Below are positions 51,941 through 62,937 of a DNA stretch of 64,000 bases, piece by piece. A program made the position numbers and the translations under genes. The first letter of the stretch is position 1, and each line of letters starts with the position of its first letter. Below the pieces are notes generated by a model. The model saw only the letters and a list, made by a program, of their open reading frames with translations. It searched no databases and was not told the DNA's origin. Origin of the DNA: Octopus sinensis (lineage: Eukaryota); contig NC_042998.1 of NCBI RefSeq assembly GCF_006345805.1, forward strand, positions 91,822,001 to 91,886,000, written 5' to 3'.

Positions 51941-52815
51941 TTGCCTTTGCACAGCTTCTAACGCTGGAGATGTACTACAGTATCAGCTGTTCACTACCAG
52001 TGAACTAAGGTAACACCGCTTACTTTTTGAGCACCTTCCAGAGTATTTGAGCGGTTTCAAGCAGTGCTGTTTTCTGCAAGTTCTTCACCCTTATTGCAGC
52101 CCCTATTTGTTCCACGTACTTCGTGAGATTTTTGCTCACTGTTTCCAGGGTTCCAACAATTATTGGTACTACTGTCACCTTTTTCATCGATCACAACTAC
52201 TTAACTTTCCAAGCTAACTTGTATCTCTCAACTTTGCTTTCTTCCTTATCGCATACCTTGTCAGCTGGGCATGCTATATCTATGATTCAGCATAGTTTGT
52301 TTCCTTTTTCAATTAAGACTATGTCCAGCTTCCTATTCTCTATCTCATGGTCGCACTGAATCATAAAATCCTATAGGAAATTTGCATTTCTATTTTCGAC
52401 GATGCCTTCAGGTTTGTGGTCGTACCAATTTTTTTCTCTGTTAAGTCCATACTTGTTGCAGAGTGTCCAATGGACAAGCCTGGCTGTATTGTCATGGTGT
52501 CTCTTATATTCCTTCTGGGCTAGTGGCGTACATTGGCTGGTAATATGCCATACGGTTTCACTGTTTTGTCCACAGATTCTGCACTTATCACTTTCTGATG
52601 TGTTGTCTATTCTGTATTTTATGTAGTTTGTTCTTAGTGCTTGCTCTTGAGCAGCACAGATTAGAGCCTCTGTTTCCAGTTTTAAATCACTTTTAGTCAT
52701 CCACAGCCACTTTTTCTGTCTTATCTTCAACATCCCTATGAAATTGGCCATGCATTCTTTTCTTTACCCACCTATTTTCAGTTTCATTTGTTTTCAGTTT
52801 CTTGTATAGTACAGT
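51941..52815 (-). mobile_element. R4/Dong-like 3' fragment 3
   Basis: RMHGQF, ETEALICAAQEQALRTN, CRICGQNSETVWHITSQC, LQKTALL..AQILWKVL; 3' end abuts (TAA)n. Confidence 0.9.
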
Positions 52816-52818
52816 TCT

Positions 52819-52960
52819 ATATTTAAGAGATGCGGAATTATGTACATTATTTACATTATTTACAATTGACGGATATTTGTCCTCATCTTGGTTGTTGTTA
52901 ACACAACATTTTGGCTGATATACCCTCCAGCCTTCATCAGGTGTCTTGGGGGAAATTTCA
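52819..52960 (-). mobile_element. Penelope-like terminal-repeat fragment
   Basis: Carries a minimal hammerhead-like motif and an aataatgtaaataatgt tail. The family call is inferred from the ribozyme type. Confidence 0.55.
52900..52945 (-). ncRNA. Degenerate minimal type I hammerhead ribozyme (probably inactive)
   Basis: gacac-CTGATGA-a-ggctg-gagggtatat-cagcc-aaaat-gt-t-gtgtt. Stems I and II pair; GAAAC is mutated to AAAAT. Confidence 0.65.
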
Positions 52961-52970
52961 AACCTGTTGT

Positions 52971-53086
52971 TAAGGTGGTGAGCTGGCAGAACCATTAGCT
53001 TGCCAAGCAATATGCTTAGCTGTATTTCGCCTGTCCTACATTCTGAGTTCAAATTCCGCATAGGTCAACTTTGCCTTTCATCCTTC
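52971..53086 (+). mobile_element. SINE 5' half (gcctttcatc-core family)
   Basis: gagctggcagaaccattagc...gagttcaaattcc...tttgcctttcatccttc. Confidence 0.75.
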
Positions 53087-53469
53087 AGAATCTTCTTCAG
53101 GTTGAGTAGCCCATCCTGCTCAAATGGTTCTTGAATAAGGGTTGTTTAAGGATGTTGACTGAAGTACCCTTGTTTTCAGAGGTGAATTATTCATCTTCAA
53201 AGAATTCCTCTCAACAAATGTCTATGATGCTCCCCTGCTACTTCTGCTTGTGATCAGAGATGCACATATCATCAGCCACTAAGAGACATGCTCATCTGGT
53301 TAAAGTCAAACAACTGACAAACAAATCTGTGGTTTTGAGCAGAATATTTGCTGTAGCTCATCTTTTATGCCAAGACAAAACAATGTACGTGATAACACTT
53401 CCAATCATTTAAGTTCAGAAGCCATGTGAGCCAGTGTCTAGTACTGCATCAGGGCAATTATTTTCATTT

Positions 53470-53479
53470 TCATTATTAT

Positions 53480-53514
<35 letters not shown>

Positions 53515-53541
53515 ACTACTACTACTACTACTACTACTATT

Positions 53542-53582
<41 letters not shown>
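53470..53582. repeat. (TTA)n/(CTA)n microsatellite
   Basis: Directly visible. Confidence 0.95.
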
Positions 53583-53583
<1 letters not shown>

Positions 53584-53990
53584 GACGTTACACAGTATAC
53601 AATATCGTGAGGTTGTTGATTGAAGATGTGTCTACTGGGGGTTTGTGCTGTTTGTCAAGTCACAACAAGGACCTCAGACAGACAGTATTTTATGCAACAT
53701 ATGTGCAGTTCCAAGTAATGCTGACTCTTGCAATTGTAGGGTAATTCTAAAGTTTTCAGATGTTTTTTTTTTCAGATTAGGTGGTATTAAACGCAATGCT
53801 CCAATAACAATAGGGATAACCTTTATGTTTGACTCTCATAGCTGCCACATCTTTGCAATCTCAATTATCAGGTCTCCATACTTATCAACCTTTTCTCTTT
53901 CTTTCATGATGATTCATAGATCTCCTGGCACTGCCACATCAATTATTAGGCACTCTTGTTTGTCCCTCCTAAAGGTTACTATATCAGGCC
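53583..53990 (-). mobile_element. R4/Dong-like 3' fragment 4
   Basis: Minus frame PDIVTFRRDKQECLIIDVAVPGD...KVDKYGDL...VIPIVIGAL...SALLGTAH; (TAA)n on both sides. Confidence 0.88.
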
Positions 53991-54024
53991 TATTATTATT
54001 ATTATCTTTATTATTATTACTTTC

Positions 54025-54940
54025 TTTTTATCACAGGTTTTGTTGGCACTCCTGGAGTCTTGCATGCATTGCAGACTTGCTATCTGTAGCATATGGTACC
54101 ATGCTGTCTGTTCTTTTCAGCTATCTAATACTTTTCTGATTATTCTAGCTGTGCCAAGGAGGCAAACCTTTTGTAACAGTTATACTAGGAACTCTATTTC
54201 AATTTCATTTATATTCCTCTTGATGCTCTCTGGTACTGTTCCCAAGGACCCAACAATAATTGACTCTATCCTTACCTTCTTCATTTTCTATTGCCAGTTT
54301 ATTTCGTACTTAAGAGGGTTGTATCTATCTATTTTCTTTTGCCTTCCTTCTTGACTATTTGTGGGTCAAAGGAGCATACAACATCAACTATATAGCACAT
54401 GTGGTGCACCTTATCCACCACCACTAAGTCCAGTCTGTTATGCTCAAGCATCTAATCTGTTTGGATTTGGAAATCCCAGAGGATTTTGCTAGTCTCCGAC
54501 TCTGCCACACTCTGTGATTTGCACTCATACCACGTCTTGCCTCTCTCTGGCCCCCACTTTTTGCACACTTCCCAATGTAACACTTTCGCTGCCTGATCAT
54601 GTCACCACAACTTGTAGTGGTTTTGGGCAAGTCTTGGGCATTCATTCGTGATATGGGGAATGGTTTCATCCGCTCTATTACAGATCTGGCACAGTAGAGA
54701 CACTTACCCATTGCTAAGGTTGACCCTCCAGTTCATGGCTAAAACTTGGTCTTGCACTGCCAGTATAGTACTCTCAGTCTCTTTTTTAAATGTTTCTCTC
54801 TTCAGCCAATCCCATCTATTTTTTCTAGCAACTTCTGTTGTGAACACACAGAATTGATTATGTAGTCCCTTGGTGCGTAATTCTTCTTTGAGTCCTTTTT
54901 TGTACTTCTTCCTTTGTTTTCCCATTTTTGTCTGCTTTCA
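54025..54940 (-). mobile_element. R4/Dong-like 3' fragment 5
   Basis: ETESTILAVQDQ, CQICNRADETIPHITNEC, ILWDFQIQTD, LLQKVCLLGTARIIRKVL (stops and frameshifts present); 3' end near (TAA)n. Confidence 0.88.
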
Positions 54941-55005
54941 ATACATCCTCATTCCTAACTGACACTAGCAAGGTATTATTATTTTGTGTTTTTGAACTAT
55001 TTCAG

Positions 55006-55205
55006 CCAGAGAACGTCATGTGTGTCACCAAAGACAGCACTGGCATCAAACTGATTGACTTTGGTTTGGCTCAGAAAATTGAAGATGGAAAATCAATTAA
55101 GGTGCTTTTTGGCACAGCTGAATTTTGTTCTCCAGAGATCATTAACTTTGAACCAGTTTCTTTCAGCAGTGATATGTGGTCCCTGGGTGTCGTTGCCTAT
55201 GTGCT
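55006..55205 (+). CDS. Kinase subdomains VIb-IX
   Basis: ttcag|CCA...CT|gtaagt. PENVMC...IKLIDFGLAQK...VLFGTAEFCSPEIINFEPVSFSSDMWSLGVVAYV(L); phase 0-2. Confidence 0.97.
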
Positions 55206-55439
55206 GTAAGTTATAATAAACTGCTTTTCCTTTTAATTTTATTTCACTATAAGAAACCATGCATCCTTAGTTTTCCTACTTCACATCTTCCACAATGAGT
55301 TACAGGTTAATTGGTGATCACCAACACTGGGCACAGACTGCAATATATTTTTGGAATGGACCCCTCTACATAAGATTCAAACATGTCCATTTTGGCCTAC
55401 ATGACGGAGGATGTAGTATGATTAACACCTCTTTCATAT

Positions 55440-55564
55440 TGCTGTTTTTGTGGTCTTATTTCTATCAGGCATCAAGGTGCTGTTTTTGGTGGTCTTATTT
55501 CTATCAGGCATCAAGGTGCTGTTTTTGGTGGTCTTATTTCTATCAGGCATCAAGGTGCTGTTTG
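55440..55564 (+). repeat. 39-bp minisatellite, about 3.2 copies
   Basis: tgctgtttttggtggtcttatttctatcaggcatcaagg at 55440 (one base short), 55478, 55517, partial at 55556. Confidence 0.95.
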
Positions 55565-55589
55565 TTTTTGACTTGTGAATAGACCCTCT

Positions 55590-56060
55590 CAGTAACGTCT
55601 TCCCCATACACTTTGTATGTTAATGGAACATCACTGAGACCTGGGACAAGTGGAGAAGTTTAAGTATTTTAGGATCAAGTAGAAGGGTGAACTGGATGTA
55701 AAATCACAGGCACTGGCACAGTAGTTCTCTAGCACTGGCATTTGTTCCTGAGAAGAGGAGAGATTGATAAAAAGCCAAACTTGCTATCTTCAATTCACTT
55801 TTCATGCTTATCCTCACCTATGGTCATGAATGTTGAGTAATAGCCAAAAGAGTATGATCATGGATGCAAGCAGCTAAAATGAGGTTCCTCTAATGGAGCT
55901 CTGGAGTAATGCTACCTGACAGGATACATAGCTTGGAGATCAGGGAGTCTCTCCAGGGAGAAGCTTCTTCTTTTCTGTATTGAGAAGTCACAGCTCTGGT
56001 ATTGCAGACATGTGATTAGAATCTTGCAGGAAAGAATTGTAAAATGGATTCTTCAAGCTG
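55590..56060 (+). mobile_element. Degraded RTE-clade LINE 3' fragment (different family from 24874)
   Basis: VEKFKYLG, AKLAIFNS...ILTYGHE, QAAKMRFL, IRESLQ remnants. Confidence 0.6.
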
Positions 56061-56170
56061 AGTCAACCAATTATAGATATATTGTTGCCATGTAACCCCA
56101 GATCAGCTCTGAGCAGATCTATGATTAAACATCTCCCAGGCTTTGAGGATTTTACCCTTTCCTCTCTATA

Positions 56171-56208
56171 TTCCAGAAAGAAAGAGAGAGAGAGAGAGAG
56201 CAAGAAAA

Positions 56209-56240
<32 letters not shown>

Positions 56241-56273
56241 TAGAAAGAGAGAGAGAGAAAGAGAGAGAGAGAA

Positions 56274-56304
<31 letters not shown>

Positions 56305-56307
56305 AGA

Positions 56308-56376
<69 letters not shown>
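56171..56376. repeat. ~205-bp (GA)n/(GAAA) polypurine tract
   Basis: Directly visible. Confidence 0.97.
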
Positions 56377-56380
<4 letters not shown>

Positions 56381-56506
56381 ACCTTTTGCAACTATCTTTG
56401 GTAACTCCTTCATTCTGTACTTATAAGTAGGAATGACCACATTAGTTTTCCTTTTTCCTTATATTGTTTATTAAATATATTTTTCTTTTTATCTTTTACT
56501 CTGCAG

Positions 56507-56659
56507 GTTAAGTGGTTACTCTCCTTTTGCTGGTGATGACGACCAAGAAACATTTGCCTACATTAACAATATAGATTATGATTTTGATGATGAAGCCTGG
56601 GAAAATGTATCTGAAATAGCCAAAGATTTTATAGCAAATCTACTTGTCAAAGACAAAAG
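56507..56659 (+). CDS. Kinase subdomains IX-XI
   Basis: ctgcag|G...AG|gtaaaa. LSGYSPFAGDDDQETFAYI...YDFDDEAWENVSEIAKDFIANLLVKDK(R); phase 2-2. Confidence 0.97.
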
Positions 56660-56987
56660 GTAAAAAAGAAAAACTGCCATTTCTTTCTTTTTCATTCTCT
56701 TTCAGTTCCTAAAATGATTGATTCTCTCATCACTTGTATGAATAAGGGTTCAGCATGACACACAGATGCATAATGTAGGACTGTGGGAAATGGCCACTAC
56801 CCTACAGGTGTTTGTGTGTGAGGTCAAAAATGAAAACTTTCAGTAGCATCCTCCACCTGTCGCTGTCACCCCTTTCCCTGTCACCAGTGGACTTATAAAG
56901 ACAGTGTGATGGTATTAGTTCTGGCATCTTGATTTGCTGAATAACCTATAAAATGAATATTATTATAATAGGCAAGAAAGAAAGCAG

Positions 56988-57019
<32 letters not shown>

Positions 57020-57020
<1 letters not shown>

Positions 57021-57184
57021 GCATAGGAGTGGCTGTGTGGTAAGTAGCTTGCTTACGAACCACATGGTTCCGGGTTCAGTCCCACTGCGTGGCACCTTGG
57101 GCAAGTGTCTTCTACTATAGCCTCGGGCCGACCAAAGCCTTGTGAGTGGGTTTGGTAGACAGAAACTGAAAGAAGCCCATCGTA

Positions 57185-57243
<59 letters not shown>

Positions 57244-57475
57244 ATGTATGTGTATATGTTTGTGTGTCTGTGTTTGTCCCCCAACATCGCTTGACAACCG
57301 ATGCTGCTGTGTTTATGTCCCCGTAACATTAGCGGTTCGGCAAAAGAGACCGATAGAATAAGTACTAGGCTTCCAAAGAATAAGTCCTGGGGTTGATTTG
57401 CTCGACTAAAGGCGGTGCTCCAGCATGGCCACAGTCAAATGACTGAAACAAGTAAAAGAGTAAAGAGTAAAGAGT
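57020..57475 (+). mobile_element. Near-intact tRNA-derived SINE with internal (TA)n/(TG)n, inserted in (GATA)n
   Basis: tggctgtgtgg A-box, ggttcagtccc B-box, retained CpGs, (aagagt)n tail; (GATA)n on both sides. Confidence 0.93.
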
Positions 57476-57476
57476 T

Positions 57477-57513
<37 letters not shown>

Positions 57514-59482
57514 CGACAGATTGTGTCCTCTCCACCAGGCATAAGGTCCCAATACTGAAACAGTTTAGTCTTGTCCTTCAAATTTATAATGATCTGGTGC
57601 AACAAGTGCCAGAAGCCCAGTAGTTACTAGAAAGCAGGATCTGTATGTAGTTATCTTCTCTTAGATGAGCATCTAATTTGTTGAAGGGCCTCATCTGCCT
57701 TGGGTCCATTGGGGTGTTTGGGAGTGACTTTCTTCTGGGGGCATTTCAATGACATTTTAAATAACCTATAGATGAGACCCTGGCAGATGCTACTACTCCA
57801 AGTAATAGTAGACTTGGAACAATAGTGGTTAAGAAGTGGTTTCACACTACTTGAAACCTTGGATTCCTGAACCAAGGCCCCACTACCAGACGTACCTTAA
57901 AGCCTTACTCAGGACATGCCCTATTCCTAAAATAATTTGTAGATATTTATAGCTTATACCATTCTAAAATATCTTAATTCAATACAAGGTGCCCAACAAG
58001 CCAAACTTGCAATTCTGTTTTAGTTATTTCCTATAATCATCATTGGGTGTGGCAGTAATGGCAGTAGATGTTTTACATCAGATTTTCTATGCTGGAAGGG
58101 GTTTTTATGGAGCAGTGTTTTACAGACAGAATCCCTTCCCATCACCAACCCTTTTATTTAACACTTATGACACAGTAACAATATGATGTCCTTATTCTAG
58201 AACTAGGATTTTCATTTGATTGAATATCATTGTTGTCATCTCTGAGACAATAATATTCCATTGTTGGTTTGTATTAATCAATTAATTACAAAATGAAAAA
58301 TCATGCAAAAATTACTCAGGTTTCTTGTTTTCCTATTTATTTCACTTGTATATGAAATAAAAATTTACAAAAATGGAATATACTGCACTGAAATGTTTCA
58401 TTAAAACATGATTGCTGCTGACACTACAAGATTTCTGTCTAGCAGCTGCAGCTGCAGTAGTAGTCATAGTAGAAAGACAAGGCATTGTGTCTTAAAATAC
58501 TCCACTACAATATTCTCATATTCAATTATACCTGATGTCAGAGAACTACAGAGACCAGTAGTTGGATTGGTGGTTCATATCTTGTTACAGGCTCAAAATT
58601 ATATCCACGTCAAAGACACTTTGGTCCCAAACACTGAATCAACCAACTTTATATAGTTATAAAATTACTGAGTAGGGATTTTAGAATTTTATTTTCACTT
58701 TTGTGTTAAGTTAAATTCCTATCACAGAGGAAATAACTGGGCTATCATATTATTGAACCTGCTGTAGGGAATGGAGAATCCAATGTTTTGAACAGAGTCC
58801 TTCTTTATGGAAATGTTGACAGGAAAGAGATTAACGAGACACAACAAAGTTTTACATCACCAAAGTTAGAAAAATTGGCTGCAACTAAGAGGATGTAAAA
58901 CTCCATGTCTCTATTCAATCTCTTTCCTCTGAAGAAGAACTGTCTGAAATGTTGGCTTTTCCACTGTCCACAGCAACTTCCTTTTTCTTCTTTTTTTTTT
59001 TTTTGTCACTTTTACTAAATAGTACAAGTCTGTCCAATGCAGACCAATACCAGTGTCTTTTTGAGCCAGCTGGATTTTATCATCCCATTAAGATATGTGC
59101 TTCTCACGTTGGAGATAAGCTTCATTCTGTTATCCAGATTCATAATTCAAAAAGAATTATTTATAAGTAGACTAGTTTCTCTTCAATGTTGAGAACTAGT
59201 GTTAAACACTTTAAACCTTCAAAATATTGAAGGAACTGATTTTTGCATTGCTCTGAAAAGCTGGTCTCTAATCCATCTTCCTACATTTATGTTGTCATAT
59301 CAAAGCTCCTCTGATAGTAGTTGCAATAAATAATAGAACAACAGCAAATTACATCTATGTTAAAAAAAAAGATATCAGCTCATTTTCTGCTTTCATGGAA
59401 CTTAATAAAAAACAGTAAAATTAACAAAATATTTGTTTATCACAAAGAATTTTTGTTTGGTATTTTTTTCTTTATCTCTCAG

Positions 59483-59528
59483 AGAGCGAATGACTATTGA
59501 TGAAGCTTTAAATCACCCTTGGCTAAAT
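59483..59528 (+). CDS. Kinase C-terminal exon
   Basis: tctctcag|A...AAT|gtaagt. ERMTIDEALNHPWLN; phase 2-0. Confidence 0.96.
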
Positions 59529-59554
59529 GTAAGTAAACAATTTTCTTATTCCTT

Positions 59555-59781
59555 TTAACCCTTTAGTATTTAAACCGGCCATATCCAGCCAAAATAGTTA
59601 ATCTGTTTTATGTTCAAACTGACCAGATCCAGGCTCTCACACCTACCCTACAATGTTATTCTACATTAAGTAATTACACCATCAAGATCTTGAAGATATG
59701 AGATAATGCATGATTAATTCAAATCAATGGGAATCAATAAGCATTATGTTTGATAGAATAATCTGAACACTAAAGGGTTAA
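59555..59781. mobile_element. TTAA-flanked piggyBac-type MITE
   Basis: ttaaccctttag...ctaaagggttaa; begins 26 nt after the start of the intron. Confidence 0.9.
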
Positions 59782-59844
59782 GTATAGTTTTGGATAAACT
59801 TATGCAGGTCTTTAACATTTTAATAAGCTTAATATCAACTGCAA

Positions 59845-60991
59845 ATACTCAATGTATGTGTTTTGTTTGTTTGTTGGTATGCTGCAGTTTAGCATGATGC
59901 AGATGACTCCCTCAAAGCTTTGGGTATTAAGACACCTGAAAGTTATAGATGAGCAGAACACTTCACTCCTAATCCCATTCGGGAATGATGGATACTGATA
60001 TTTTGCCATTTTTGAAGCTTATCAACATCACGAATCTGAATTAAAACCAAGGGTAAACTAAACCACCAGTCTGTGACTCTATACAAATAGTGTAAAAATT
60101 GTAGTGATGCTGCTGTGTAAGGTTCAGTGCACATGCGCAGAATGGGATTACTTCTGGTTGGCCACCGGAAGTCTTCCTCATGCGCATGTGCGGGAAACTG
60201 ATCCCTAAAATGCGGTTCACTCATTCATCCTTTCTGGCCCTCGCAGCAGCCATGAATGGACGTGTATTGGCAGTCTCTGAGGACTTCATACCAGCCAAGC
60301 AGCGAACCATGACGAATCATTCGACTAACAAACAAGAAAGTGAGCAATCAGTACTGCAGATTCGGCTGTTGGTTTCCCTCCAGAGAACACGTACACCAGT
60401 TCTACATTGCGACGAGAAATAAACAACCATTTTGCTGTGTTCGCAGATCGCCTAACTTGTTTGTTATTTTAACTAAAATTGAATGTGACGGGATCAGATC
60501 AGACACCCCTCCAGTGATACCAAAACTGATCCTGTTACAAAATCCTTTGCTGGTATGCCACGATGAGGCATACGCAAATTCAATTATTAACTGACCATGC
60601 ATTGAGTGTGTATGTGGTTGATAATGTTCCCAACACTAGTACTGCTATTAATTCATAATTGAATTTAATCTCACATATGCATCGTCATGGCATACCAGCA
60701 AATGATTCTTACACTATTTGTATATAGTCATATATGATTCTTACACTATTTGTATATAGTCATAGATTGGCTATTTAGTTTACCCCTCGTTTTGATTCAG
60801 ATAGGTGATGTTGATAAGCCTCAAAAATGGCAAAATATCAGTATCCATCACTCCCGAATGAGATTAGGGGTGAAGTATCTTGCCTGTCTATGACTTGCAG
60901 GTGTTTTAACACCCAATGCTTTGAGGGAGTCATCCACATTGTGCTAAACTGCAGCATACCAGCAAACAAGTAAAACACATATATTGAGTAT
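59845..60991. mobile_element. Unclassified foldback/non-autonomous DNA element with 251-bp inverted arms and a CpG-rich core
   Basis: 59845-60095 versus the reverse complement of 60741-60991 aligns without gaps, about 34 mismatches by hand count. Confidence 0.85.
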
Positions 60992-61658
60992 CTCTGTGGT
61001 TGATAATACACACACACACACACACACACATACACACACACACATTGATTTTGTAAACTAGATTTTTTCATTTAAAAGCTTTTAAACTTAGGACTCTAAA
61101 ACAATTAAACAAAAAGTTTAGAAGAAAAACTTAAATAATTCTGTTCTGTGTTACGTCACTTAAAAATTATGTATGTATGTATGTATGTATGTATGTATGT
61201 GTGTGTGTGTGTATGTATGTACGCACATACATACATGTGCATACACACACACTGACTTTTTATTTATTGTCAAATAATTGTGATAATTTCATTTTTTAAA
61301 ACTAATTCATATCATTTTCTACTTAATTTCAAACAGCCCCAGAAAAAATTAGCCCCGGGTCAAATGGATGTAAGTAACCAATAATTACTTTACTAGTTTC
61401 AATTTTTCAACAGGTTTATAATTTTCCCAAACATGAAGCAAATAATTGAATGCAGTCTATTTGCTACACATTTCTTCCTTTTGAAATAGCTACACCTTCC
61501 AAAGTCTTAAAACAAGATACATTAAAGATTAGGATCATCAAGCAACAAGATTAGTAAGAATCAAATATAATTTAATGGAAATTGTGATATAAATACAATA
61601 ACTCACATGTGATTAGCAGTGTGAAGTGAAACTAAAATAGTTCATAACTTTTATGGTT

Positions 61659-62090
61659 TTGACCCTTTCACATTTAAACCAGTCATATCTGGCCCAAATA
61701 TTCTACCTGTTTTAGGTTCAAACTGGTTAGATTTGGCCTCTTATGCCTAACCTACTTTATCGTTCTAAAAATAAGCAATCACATCATTGAAATCTCAAAG
61801 GTATGAGATAATACATGATTAATTCAATAGACCCTATTACTGTGTTCGCTTCAGTGAGGATCCAGTTGGGTCGACAGGTCATCTTGGTCAACCACATGCC
61901 ACATGTTCATAGCAGATGAGGAGGTATCATGCAGAGATGGGGACTGACTGGGACTCTGCTTGATGGGTCACTTGAGAGGACCCAGGAATACACCAATAAA
62001 AAATGAATGCAGTGACATGCTGCAATGCCACATGCACCCACACTTGACATCACAGTTGACAGAGTAATCTGAATACTAAAATGTTTTATG
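61659..62090. mobile_element. TTAA-type MITE copy interrupted by a ~230-bp unrelated segment
   Basis: Matches 59555 up to gattaattcaa (about 61826) and resumes at tgacagagtaatctgaat (about 62057). Confidence 0.75.
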
Positions 62091-62535
62091 AATAAGGCTT
62101 ATAAAATATCATGGGTCCATTGTAGTTGATAGGAGAAGAATGATATGAACTTAGAATCATGATGAGATAACTTTTATGTGGTCACTCATAGTAGCAGCCA
62201 TACTTCTAGTGGAAAATGTCGTTTATGTGTTTCAATAAATTTTGAAAAATAAATTATTGTGAGGTATTGTGCCAAGTTACATCATTGTGTTTACTTCACA
62301 AGTTGTGAAGTTTGTGTTTGAAACTTGGAATTTTAAACATAATTCAAACATCTCTTCCATAAAACTATGTTTAAAAATTTTGCTTTAAATAGTAATATTT
62401 CATAGAAACAGTGATGGTTTTGGGTTGGTTCATATCAAAAGGGTTAAAAACAAAAGAACACTTGAATAATGTAGACCCTGATATCTTGTCTGGAAATAAG
62501 TTTGGAGCAGTCATGTTAGTAAAATTATGATTCTA

Positions 62536-62760
62536 GAAGGCAGCAAGCTGGCAGAGTTATTAGCATGCCTAGCAAAATTCTTAGCTCCTTTTCTTCTGTC
62601 TTCACATTCTGAGTTCAAATTCTACTGAGGCTAATGTGCCTTTCATCCTTTTAGGGTTACTAGAATAAGTACCAGTTGAACATTGGGGTCAATGTAATAG
62701 ATTTACCCACTCCCTCAAAATTGCTGGCCTTGTTCCAAAATTTGAAATCAATATTATGAT
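62536..62760 (+). mobile_element. SINE (gcctttcatc-core family)
   Basis: gcaagctggcagag...gagttcaaattc...gcctttcatcctttt...gaataagtaccagttgaacattgggg. Confidence 0.78.
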
Positions 62761-62937
62761 TCTAGGCTTCCTTGATCAGAGTTCACCAGGGATTAGATAA
62801 TTATTTCCACAGCATGGTAACAAAGATACAAAAAGTAGTTTATAACCATAATTACAATGATTTTTAGATATGAAACATAAATCATATCCATGAAAGAATC
62901 TTTCCTAAAATCATATCCATTGAAAAATAGTAACTAT

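Noticed and set aside
56063-56440. SL-repeat and RE-repeat ORFs
   Set aside because: Translations of the (GA)n tract.
48736-56659. Possibility that the kinase is a pseudokinase or pseudogene (SPE instead of APE)
   Set aside because: All catalytic motifs and splice phases are intact, and SPE occurs in active kinases.
36183-57329. Similar short ORFs (FSFRLPNPLTRLW...KLLTT) at 36183, 47272 and 56946 suggesting a small gene family
   Set aside because: They are translations of one SINE family.
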